Source: Octopus vulgaris
Lineage: Eukaryota
Direction of reading: 5' to 3'
Length of the DNA: 64,000 nt
Assembly: GCA_951406725.2 (NCBI GenBank)
Contig: OX597814.1
Coordinates: forward strand, 54,622,001-54,686,000
Below the pieces are notes generated by a model, which was not told the origin of the DNA, searched no databases, and saw only the letters and a list, made by a program, of their open reading frames with translations. Shown here piece by piece: positions 54,062 through 64,000 of the stretch (the stretch's first letter is position 1; each line of letters starts with the position of its first letter). The position numbers and the translations under genes are program-made.

Positions 54062-54760
54062 ATTGAAATTTTTCTGTGTTTGAGTGTATGTTTGTGTGTG
54101 TGTGTGTGTGTGTGTGTACAAAGATTCATTGTACCTCAATAACTTCTATATCTTTCATCCGATTTCTTTAAAATTTTATACATAGCCGCTTCATATCCCA
54201 GACCCTGAAAATAAGCTAGTTATATTTTTAAAAAATCGATATTGGGGCCTGTAGAGCGATGGGAAACCAACGATGAATGATACCTATTTATTTGCATTAA
54301 TCAGCTGTTATATAATCTGCAGGATCTTTCATACTTTTTAAATCTTTTTATAAAAGTGAAAGGAGATTGTCTAATTATTTTCACTGTCAACCAGCAACGG
54401 TGATTAAATTAACTTGGAATACTGAACGCATACATTTCCACAATTCTCAACCGAGTTTCACCAAACTTTACACACACATTACTTATATCACAAGGATGAT
54501 CATGTACTAAAAATTTTACCTGGAGCTTCCGCGTAAATGGACCTAAATGGACATAGTTCTTTGTATGTAGGGTCTTCCGTACATTTTTAATCTCTCTATA
54601 AAATCCTTATCGCTCTGTCTGTTCCCAATGCATTCTCAAACGGCTCAACCAAATCAAATCAAATTTTACACGGTAATACTGTCACACCCCAGGAGTGTCA
54701 ACATGTAATTTTTGGGGATTAAAACAATGCAACATTGGCAGTAGTTCCGTATTACGTGTC
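54062..54760 (+). mobile_element. Probable degenerate DINE/Helentron-like repeat
   Basis: A (GT)n lead-in is followed by repeated CCGAT/CCGAG-TTTC..AAA(A/C)TTT.ACAC-like motifs typical of DINE-like cores; termini are unclear. Confidence 0.35.
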
Positions 54761-54821
54761 AAAACTCGAAGAATAAAAATGAAAGAATAACATCTATATT
54801 GTAATGTGATATGTTGTTTGA

Positions 54822-55130
54822 TTTTTATACTTTGACTTTTAATGCTAATAACGACAACGACGACGACGATGATGACGTTGCATTTTGTATATGACAGTAT
54901 ATCTGTCTGTAAATGTATGTGTGTAGGTGTATGAGTGTTTATATGTCTCACAGTGTGTGTGTGTGTTTGAACGTTAGGTACGTTATTAAACACACTATAT
55001 GTTTCAGTTTTATACTTTTACTTTTAATTCTAACCACGACGACGACATGTGTGAGTGTATGAGTGTGTATATGCCTCACAGTGTTTGTGTCTTTCTGCGT
55101 TAGGCACGTTATTAAACATACATTATGTTT
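54822..55130 (+). repeat. Diverged tandem duplication (~125-180-bp units)
   Basis: TTTTATACTTT.ACTTTTAAT.CTAA..ACGAC and GTATGAGTGT.TATATG.CTCACAGTGT..GTGT...CGTTAGG.ACGTTATTAAACA each occur twice. Confidence 0.7.
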
Positions 55131-55266
55131 GTGAGGGCTGGTCAGTGTCAATACCAAATTTAATTTTCATTTCGATTAAAACAATATAACATTTCATAGA
55201 GATAATCTTTCTATTTACGTAGATGTACTTGCATAGCAACTGATTTGATCTCAGATCGTGTGCTTG

Positions 55267-55311
<45 letters not shown>

Positions 55312-55689
55312 ACATTCGATGGAGTAACAGTTATATATACAGCTTGAACAGACACACATATCAGTACATAAACATACATTTACATGTACATACACATATA
55401 CACACAAGCAGACACGTCTACACACTTACATACGTAAATGCTCACATACATACATACATACATGCATACATACGTATATGCGTATATGCATGCTTGCACA
55501 TTTACATACATGCATACATACATACATACATACATACATACATACATACATACATACATACATACACACATACATACATACATAAACACATATATATCAT
55601 GAACTAATTGTTACTTTCTCAGATACAGCACGGAATTTTGTTGGAGAATTCTATTTCGTTCATTTGATTTATCATCATCATTATATTGA

Positions 55690-55985
55690 TCATCCTCCTC
55701 CTCCTCATTATCGTTTAACGTCCATTTTCCATGATGGCATGGGTTGGACGGTTTCACTGAGGACTGGCAAACCAGTGGGCTGCACCAGGCTACAATCTCA
55801 TCTGGCAATATTTCCACAGTTGGATGCTCTTTCTAATGCCAACCACTTCGAGAGGGTAGTGGGCGCTTTTTACGTGTCACCAGCACGGGAGTCAGTCAGG
55901 GGTACTGTCATCGACCACGTTCGGATGAAGTTTTTACATGCCACCGACACGGGAGCCAGTCAAGAAGCACTGATGGCACGGATGG
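55690..55985 (-). mobile_element. Interspersed retroposon (SINE or LINE 3' end) with trinucleotide tail
   Basis: GC-richer block whose minus-strand 3' end (…CCAACCCATGCCATCATGGAAAATGGACGTTAAACGAT) runs into (GAT/GAG)n, as for RTE/CR1-tailed retroposons. Family assignment is by recognition only. Confidence 0.5.
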
Positions 55986-56158
55986 CAAATTAATTTATTT
56001 GCACTTTGATGCAGAAACTATAAGGGTAACTATTGAAATGTTTTTATTTTTCATTCCCTTTGAAATTACTCTTATTTGTGGTTTGGGCTTTAGCTGCCCT
56101 TTCCAGAGTGTACTGTGTTCTGTTAAAGGTCACCTCTTTTGTGTATGAAAAACGTACA

Positions 56159-56195
<37 letters not shown>

Positions 56196-56450
56196 CCTGG
56201 AGGTGCACAAATCAATCAACTTTAAATGAAATATCAGAAATATCAGTCTCTGCAACGATATTTAACATGTTTGTGTACACTCGGACATGAGAAAACTTTT
56301 CACTGAGGAAATAGTAACTGACAATATGTATCAAAGATCTTCCTACTTCGTTACGCCTCATCAACTATGGAATCAGTCATTCATCGACATCTAAGAACGG
56401 GCGTTTTATAAATAATAACAGCAAGGTGTGTGAATGTATATATATATACG

Positions 56451-56496
<46 letters not shown>

Positions 56497-56534
56497 TGTA
56501 TATATATAGTTTTCAGATATATCTTGCAAGTGTT

Positions 56535-56740
56535 TCTGCTATTGTGTGTGATTGTACCCCACCATCGCTTGACAACCGATGTTGCTGTGTTTACTTCACC
56601 GTAGCTTAGCGTTTCGGCAAAAGGCACCGATAGAATAAGTACTAGGCTTACAAAGAATAAACCCTGGGATCCATTTGTTCGACTAAAGGTGGTGATCTAG
56701 CATGACCGCAGTCATATTTCTGAAACAAGTAAAACAATAA
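56535..56740 (+). mobile_element. SINE family 2, 3' part
   Basis: CGCTTGACAACCGATG...TTCGGCAAAAG..GATAGAATAAGT...CGACTAAAGG aligns with 17900-18060. Confidence 0.8.
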
Positions 56741-56744
56741 AAAA

Positions 56745-56786
56745 CTATGCTATTTTTATCCCGAGCAATGTCGGGTATCTCTGCTA

Positions 56787-56788
<2 letters not shown>
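56745..56788 (-). mobile_element. Helentron/DINE-like 5' terminal fragment
   Basis: Minus strand ACTAGCAGAGATACCCGACATTGCTCGGGAT (hairpin CCCGA...TCGGG), abutting (TA)n; homologous to the start at 26068. Confidence 0.5.
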
Positions 56789-56853
<65 letters not shown>

Positions 56854-57339
56854 GAGAGAGGGAGAGATGGGTGGATGGAAGATGAATAGATAAATACATA
56901 CATACGTACACACACATCAAGGGTTTCTTTAAAGAGTTTTCCATCTAGATAGATTGTCAACGAAGACTATGGATCTAATATGTTGTTGCACAGAAATATC
57001 ACTATATTTTTAGCCAATATATGTGTAAACACAAGTAAACACCCTGTCTTTATGTATATCATTATATCAATACTTAAATACAATATCTTTGTGGATAGAA
57101 GCAAAAAAGCATCTAGTTTTAATCTGGGATTTCATTATCGATTAATTTTCTTCTTTAACTGGCCTTGATCATCATCTATTTATCTATTGTTGCCATAAGT
57201 GCGAAGTACGTATTATATAATGCAAATTAGCAATCATGGGTTTAGCTGTTTCGACCCCTGCTTGAGCGACATCTCTACATGTACAATTAATTATATTCTG
57301 GTCTTTATTATTATTGGAATAATTATTTAATTTGTTAAT

Positions 57340-58730
57340 GTAAAACTTATTAAGCTTAAATCTATTATAAGAAATAATGTTACCAAAATCATTACTAGAA
57401 AAATTGTTATTATATTTTTTATTATCTATAATGAATATTTATTAGTTTTAATAAGGCCCAGAATATAATCAATTGTACATGTAGAGATAAGACAAAATGT
57501 ACATTTAATAGATTTAATATGGATGATGTAGTATATAAATGTGTAGTGACTTTGATTGATGATAATATTAATACGAATAGCTATAATTTAAATGCGATCT
57601 ATGTGGGGTCGAATTCTAATCAAATTAAATTAAGGCTGGCTCAACACATGCATTCATTTAAGAGTAAAACATTGATTAATTCTACTGGCCTTAGCAAATA
57701 TATATGGGAATTGAAATCTAAAGAAATTAAGTATAATTTATATTGGGAGATAGTTTGTAAAGCTAAATCTTATCGAATAGGTAATAATTTTTGTTTACTA
57801 TGCACAAATGAATTTATGGAGATATTATTATCTAATAATAAAAAATTGATTAATTCCCATGATGGGCGAAAAATTAAATGTAGACATAAGTTAAATTACT
57901 TTATAATAAGTTTAGCTAATTTGTGTATATATTTAAACCCTGATTTATGTTACTAATTTTTGTAGCTATAATTTGTAGTAGTATAATGAGCATAAATTAG
58001 CAGTTGATTATGTAGTGTATGTTACATAATTGGAATAAGATTAAACCAAGGTGTTTATAAATTAAATAAATAAATTAATGAATATAGATTAAGTTATCGA
58101 AATTTAGTTTATTTTATGCATTTTACGTATTTTAGTTTTAAATTATTGAGATTTTAGAATTTTTCAGACAAATGGTATATTACATCTAGCTTATTTCTTA
58201 TTTTCACAGCTAAAATACATATTGTTATTTTCACAGCTAAAATACATTCTTCTATCTATTCTATAGTTATTATTTACTTCATGTTTTCACGTGATAAATT
58301 TCTTAGCAACGCTAGGTTCTAAGTATAACGTTTAAAATTTCAGTCAACTGGAATTCTTCAATAAGATAAGTTGTTTTTATTTTTCATTAATATTATTATA
58401 TTTTATTCGATTATTTATAGTTAAGATACGTATATTTCTATATTGATTTATTATGTTACACACATTTTATTATTATTTTAGACCTGAAGAGTGGCTATAT
58501 TTTTAAATCAAATTACTTTTAAATTGAATTAATTTTAATAGCATCGATTTTATTATTATCGATTTAAAGATATAGTCACGAAACGCGCGTAGTCGGTTTA
58601 ATGTTTATTTAATTTAGTGATTTTTTGAATAATATTTTTTATAGCATATTTAGATTTTTCTATATGATATAGATAAAGTCTGAATTACTTAATAGAGGTT
58701 ATTTCTTTTAATTATATAGATATAGATATA
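57340..58730 (+). mobile_element. 5'-truncated Penelope-like retroelement (GIY-YIG endonuclease, Naiad-like Cys pattern) with 3' hammerhead
   Basis: Open frame 57435-57956: NCTCRDKTKC..VVYKC...YVGS..KLRLAQH..SF..STGLSKYIWELK..W.I..KAKSY...CLLC..E...LIN...CRH. This is a GIY-YIG domain with CxCx5C and CxxC motifs typical of PLE endonucleases. A frameshift lies upstream and a hammerhead ~530 bp downstream. Boundaries approximate. Confidence 0.85.
58481..58594 (+). ncRNA. Type I hammerhead ribozyme in the 3' region of a Penelope-like element
   Basis: GAC-CUGAAGA, then a 19-bp stem II (58491-58509/58561-58579, two G-U pairs), then GAAA-C-GCGC-G-UA-GUC. Stem III is palindromic (ACGCGCGU), the triplet is GUA and stem I is only 3 bp. 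Confidence 0.75.
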
Positions 58731-59074
58731 TAGACCAATATCATTTTTCTTACTCATAACATCTACTCTATTCTGAAAATTTAATTTACATTACAAGTTC
58801 CCTTTGAATGGACACACATGGAATGAATACCTGCACACTATCCATTTGTAATAGCAAAATATGAACTCCTATCGGTACTTACACACTATGGACAAAAATC
58901 CTTTCTACACAACACATTCCTTGGATAATGGAACAGCAAGTTTAACATCCAACATATATTTTTATTTTTACTTTTATTCTTATATTTTCCTTTATACTTC
59001 CTATATCTCTCCCTTTCCAAAATAACTTCTTATATTGAGCTCTACTATTTCCTTTGATTTAACTCTCTCATATC

Positions 59075-59122
59075 GTCTCTGATGATGGGATATCTTTTAT
59101 ATCTCTGAAAAAGGTGTAAGAA
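59075..59122 (+). ncRNA. Degenerate hammerhead ribozyme
   Basis: GUCU-CUGAUGA-UGGGAUAU-CUUUU-AUAUCUCU-GAAA-AAGGU-GUA-AGA. The core boxes and stem II are retained but stem III is mutated. Confidence 0.6.
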
Positions 59123-59954
59123 ATTCCACACTGCCTTAGCTTTGTCATCTCATTTTATTTAATATATACACACTCATATGCGACCTGCGTTAGACTCCCC
59201 ACTCATACTATTATCGAACCAGGAATCTAACTCCGGTCCTTCCGTAGCACTTAACTGCCTTTCGGATCTTCTGGATACCAAAATCTCTCATATACATATA
59301 TACATCCATCCATCCGTCCATCCGTCCATCCATCCATCCATCCATCCATGGATGGATGACTTCGAGTGCTATAGTTTATTTAAATCAGTCTAGGGGTTAA
59401 AATAACCATACACATACGTACTCATTGCAACAGAAACCATGAGCTTACTTTGGATGTACATATATAAGCTATTTTTAGTAATTTGGATAAAGGGTATACA
59501 TTAAGGTCAATGATGTATTAGTTATTTCGATAAACGGAGCAAAAGTGTATGAAATAGTAGGTCGAAACTGTGCTTTAGCAATAATATTAATTCATTGCTC
59601 AAGGTACATCAACATTTGAAACTTGGGAATGCCTAACTGAATATGTACACATGATTGGTAATAATTGTCGTTCGCGTCAACTGATTTTTTTCCTTGCCGT
59701 ATAAAAAGACGGATATAGTCTTGACATCAGACATATGGTATAGTATTACAACTAATAAATGGTATAGCATTACAACTAATAAATAGTCAGAAGAACAATA
59801 CTCCTTTGTTAAAACATATAGTATTTATGTTTTACATGAATATAATAATATAGAAAAATATTAATTACACGTTTGACTGAATATATTGTCGATGGGTGGT
59901 AACCAAATTACAGAATTTTGCATGATAGAGAAAACTTAACTGATCTAAGAACTG

Positions 59955-60034
<80 letters not shown>

Positions 60035-60244
60035 CGTTTCATTTTATGATGTCCGTTAAGATATATCTTGTTGAATGAGATAAAATACAATCTCATTTAC
60101 ATTATATTCCTGTTTTTTTTTATCAGTTATCATGGTTATCATTTTTGGTCATTATGTATCGTGTCAACGCAAGTCATTTCTCATTTTACATTGTGAAGAT
60201 CATAACTGTGCGCATTTTTCTGATTGGTTAATATGCTTTAAGTA

Positions 60245-60597
60245 CAGGCATAGCTCGACTTACGTCGTTTTGGTTTAAGTCTTTTTTCAACTTCAGGTCT
60301 TTTATATTTTTGTGAAAGAAATTAATGGAAAAAAATAAACTTCTATTTCAGTCGACATTCGAGTTTACGTCGGTCTGAACAAACATACTGAAAAGCATAA
60401 ATGTTTAAAAATAAACGCCTAAAAATCAATACTGAAGTGAAATATTAAATAAAATACATGTGAAATATGCACAAACCATTTATTAAAACAAATATAAGCT
60501 AATAAACTTTTTAAATTGCTTTTTTCATGTTACGTTATCATTCGCGTTAAGTCGCATGTCTTGGAAGCAATTACCGACGTAAGTTGACGTATGCCTG
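60245..60597. mobile_element. Tigger/pogo-type MITE
   Basis: TIRs CAGGCATAGCTCGACTTACGTCG / CGACGTAAGTTGACGTATGCCTG with TA target duplication on both sides; the TIR resembles the 3' end of the 22125-23268 element. Confidence 0.85.
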
Positions 60598-60650
60598 TAC
60601 AAGTCTTTCCATCTATAAGGGTTTTCCTAGTAGATTTCATTATTTTTACA

Positions 60651-61251
60651 TTATTACCTTCGCCTTAGCGAAAGCGGAGGTATTGTTTTTAATCGCGTTT
60701 GTTTGTTTTATTTGTTCGTGGACAAGATATCTCAAGAACCGCTGGATGGATTCGGACAAAACTTTCAGGGATGTTTGGCCTTGTGACTGGCTCAAACTGA
60801 TTAGATTTTGGGACCGATCTAGTACCGGACAAGGATTCTGGATTATTTTTTGTTATATTTACTTTATATGATTACGATTTAGCGTTAACTTTCAAAACTT
60901 TCTCAATTACCTCCCTTCAAGCTGTAACTATTTTGAATAGCCAGTTTGTTAACTTTGGCTTGTATTAGATAAGGATAAACTGTTTATTACTGTTACTAAA
61001 TTTTCTACAGCCACCATCACCTTCCATGATTACCATTGGGATCGATCAGGTACCGGACAAGGATTCTGGGTTATTTTCCCGTTTTCTTTTTACATAATTT
61101 TTGAGGGCGGTGGGGTTCGTTTTTAGTATTCTCATTTGTGAGCAGTCGAGTTTATTTCAGATATTCTCATTTTAAAAATCCTCTCTGGATAATCGTTGAG
61201 AGGACATTGGTGTTGCCTTGGCGGAGGTTTGCGCTCTCTGAGTGCTCTTGT
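60651..61251 (+). mobile_element. Helentron-associated non-autonomous element (HINE/DINE-like)
   Basis: Sub-terminal inverted repeat ACCTTCGCC (5') / GGCGGAGGT (3'), 5' hairpin, short (GTTT)n, internal ~43-bp direct repeat (60807-60850 vs 61037-61079) and 3' stem-loop GCGCTCTCTGAGTGC. Confidence 0.7.
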
Positions 61252-61529
61252 TTGATATTAACATCGGGGTTTAAACTGTGTAAATACCTCTGCGCATATA
61301 TGAAATGCAGTTTAAAAAAAAAAATGTATTACTTTCATGCGATGCCATATACTTAGATGTAATTTTTTTACTTTGATTTATTTAGAGAATACTGAATATT
61401 GATATTTTTGTAGCAACATCCACTGATTTTAACAGTTACTCCTAAATCACAAAAGCTTATTGTATTTTTGAGGAAATTAGGCTCCTAATAACATCGCCTC
61501 CTTATATTTAGTTCATTTCAGCTATAGTG

Positions 61530-61739
61530 GTTTCAAATTTTGGCGCAAGGCTAGCAATTTCACGTGAGGGGCAAGTCGATTACATCGACTCCGGTGTTAA
61601 ACAGGTACTTATTTTACCGATCCCGAAAAGACGAAGAGCAAAGTTAGTCTCGGCGAAATTTGAATTCAGAACGTAAAGACAGGCAAAATGCCGCTCAGCA
61701 TTTTGCGCAGTGCTCTAAAGATTCTGGCAGCTTGCTGCT
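61530..61739 (-). mobile_element. SINE family 3
   Basis: Reverse-complement match: TTTCAAATTTTGGCGCAAGG...GTCGATTACATCGAC...CAGAACGTAAAGAC...GATTCTGGCAGCTTGC. Confidence 0.8.
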
Positions 61740-62427
61740 TTTCATTTTATCTCGTATATTGAAATTGTATTTCCATTATTCTTATAGATTTTAGTTTTCG
61801 CGTACCAACAAAATCTTCAAACTCTAACACTTATGACATCAATTGAAAATACTTTTTATCTGATTTAATATCAGGTAAAGCATAGAAATCAGATGAAGTT
61901 CCAAGTTAGATGTATCTTTGTAGAAATGAGAAACGGCGAAATTAAAAGATCGAAGGCAATAAGACTGGAAATATGCAATTCCTGTGAAATGCGTTATACC
62001 GTTACAGCTGACATGTTTACAGTGATGGTAATAAATTGCTTGAAGCCCCAACCTTATCACACTATCAACGTTTATTTATAATTTGATGTTGCATCTTCCG
62101 GATAATAAACAAAATAAAATACATTAAGAGGGATAGTTAGCTTACCCCGTACTACTTAATAGCCAGCTGTATTTATATATAAAAAATGCAGTGCATTTTT
62201 GTGTATTTATCAAATACCATAAACATCCCATTTCATGGTCTTCCGTTAAACTGTAATATTCCCCTTAGCTTATATGGCATTTATTTTACTTTCGGTTTTC
62301 ATCAAAGACATCCATGGTGACAGTGAATAGAGGTTTAAATAAATAATATCTTATGTCTCATTCGAGGGATTACAGGGATTCTCCAGCATCCCAGCAAGCA
62401 AATAAGTTGATAGCTTCATCCGTTAGA

Positions 62428-62454
62428 AGAACAACAACAACAACAACAACAACA

Positions 62455-62517
<63 letters not shown>
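62428..62517. repeat. (AAC)n-(TAC)n microsatellite
   Basis: Direct reading. Confidence 0.97.
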
Positions 62518-62699
62518 GTGGCCTGTCTCACCATAAAGCGAGCTGGTGTGCCCACGAAACAGCGAAATGGGGTAGTCATGGCCAATTTGTGAATCTTCAT
62601 CAGCCGAGGTATATCCTATAGAACCGTGTGCATGTTACTCAAAACTTAAGACAAGACATAAAAAAGACTGACCGGTGTGTTATATATCTGCCACAGATT

Positions 62700-63420
62700 T
62701 GTGCAATGTAATACAAAAGTCACGATAAAGTATGTTAACGATAATGTATGTTAAGTATGTTGACGCCGAGCTAACCAAGAACGATATGCGTACGGCTGAC
62801 CCAACATGGGTGTAATTTCCAGAGAGCAGACGCCTTATATTGGGGTTGCATCCATTCGTAGATTCAGAAATAAAACCATTAAGCTGATGGTACAGGTTAA
62901 AAAGTCCAGTTAGTATGCGTACGAGATGAAGTCCATTGGAAGCTTTTCTATCGGAAGGCAGTGCAGGAACAGAGAAGAGAATGATATAAATTATAACAAT
63001 AGCAGGCCACAAACCTTCTTTCTCAGGATACCACTGTTCGTGGTTTTGGATGTGGCAAAAGAGAACACCTTGTCCTCATATCCAAGAGACGACGAACAAG
63101 AAACCGCTTACGAATCTGATAGGGGTCAAGCAACTAGAAAGTGGTGTACTAGGAAGCACAGACATCGCTTTTATAAGGACCATTGCATCGCCTTGCAACG
63201 ATGAAAAGAAGATAGAAAGGGAATACGGGGACACAAATTATTGGAGACATCAAAAGCAAAACGTTGAAGAGGAAGCCCAAGAGAAAGAACAGGCTCAGAA
63301 AGAAGGCATGCAAAACAACGAAGCGAGATCCATCAACCAGAAGACATCAAGATCAACCAGCCCATCTCTGTGATGTTTGCAGTGATGATAGCTTCTTTAA
63401 CGACTATAGGAACGCAACTG
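62700..63420 (+). mobile_element. Degenerate RTE-clade LINE fragment (RT C-terminal region)
   Basis: Frameshifted remnants DAELTK..R.A, KTIKLMV, QLESG..STD, HRFYKD, YWR and HLCDVC occur in the order expected for an RTE ORF2 C-terminus. Confidence 0.6.
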
Positions 63421-64000
63421 AGAAGGCACGAGATTGCGAAGAGAGGAGGGACGAGTATAAAAAAGAAAAGCTCAAAAGGTAGACTGTGAAAACCATAGTA
63501 ATAGTCTATTGGCAGCATTCAGAAAGACGTGGATCTTTCTCACTCCTATCGAATCCGACAACGAAGCTGCTCAGGACGAGGCGATTTTCACTACCATGAC
63601 ATACATAAGAAAGTGTTACTAAATACGAACCATTTTCTCTTCGATGCTCTGCTTATTCTACAAACCCACCGAAAACATAATATCAAGATAAGGGTAATAA
63701 ACTTGACGAATTCATCAAGCCATCACCCTGCAGTTTAGTCGGTAACGTTAAAATGTATGATGAGAAGTTCTGTACAGCAATAGGTAAGTTCCCGACATGA
63801 TGAAGCCACTTCAAGCTGAACCAATTTTACTTACTCTAAGTTACTCTAGTTACTCTAGTTACTCTAAGTTTCTTTTAGTCAAGAAACAGACGTCATAATT
63901 TTCTAGTCTGTCCCTAAAATGTAAGAATTTTGAGCACTGTCAGAACAAATGTTAAACCAGAGTTATTACGTTCTCCTGGTGATATTACACACACTGAATA

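Noticed and set aside
57432-57434. In-frame TGA upstream of the GIY-YIG ORF as a possible selenocysteine codon (known in some Naiad PLEs)
   Set aside because: It does not fall at a conserved Cys position and is better explained by a 1-nt frameshift. The visible conserved Cys codons are TGT/TGC, and no SECIS was recognised.
63828-63870. TTACTCTA(A)G short tandem repeat; similar short tandem duplications at ~33030, 44650, 58200 and 59735
   Set aside because: Ordinary slippage duplications with no spacers; not CRISPR or telomeric arrays.

Overview
AT-rich eukaryotic genomic DNA, almost certainly from an octopus or other coleoid cephalopod. That call is an inference from the very dense compound microsatellites and the repeat families present. 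There are no prokaryotic genes, rRNA or CRISPR arrays, and nearly all ORFs in the supplied track are translated microsatellites or transposon relics. One host gene is well supported: a minus-strand CAP (CRISP/Antigen-5/PR-1) superfamily gene with two phase-compatible exons (52478-52693 and 21409-21527) separated by a ~31-kb intron. It lacks the usual CAP His/Glu signature residues. The rest is a transposon graveyard: tRNA-derived SINEs, mariner, maT/Tc1 and Tigger/pogo relics, Helentron-type non-autonomous elements, R4/Dong, RTE and CR1/L2 LINE fragments, and a Penelope-like GIY-YIG endonuclease. The most striking unannotated signal is a set of about nine hammerhead-ribozyme motifs, two with an intact catalytic core (12479-12569 minus, 58481-58594 plus). 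Several sit in short non-coding fold-back cassettes embedded in (TA)n/(TAA)n microsatellites, pointing to Penelope-like or retrozyme-like retroelements.
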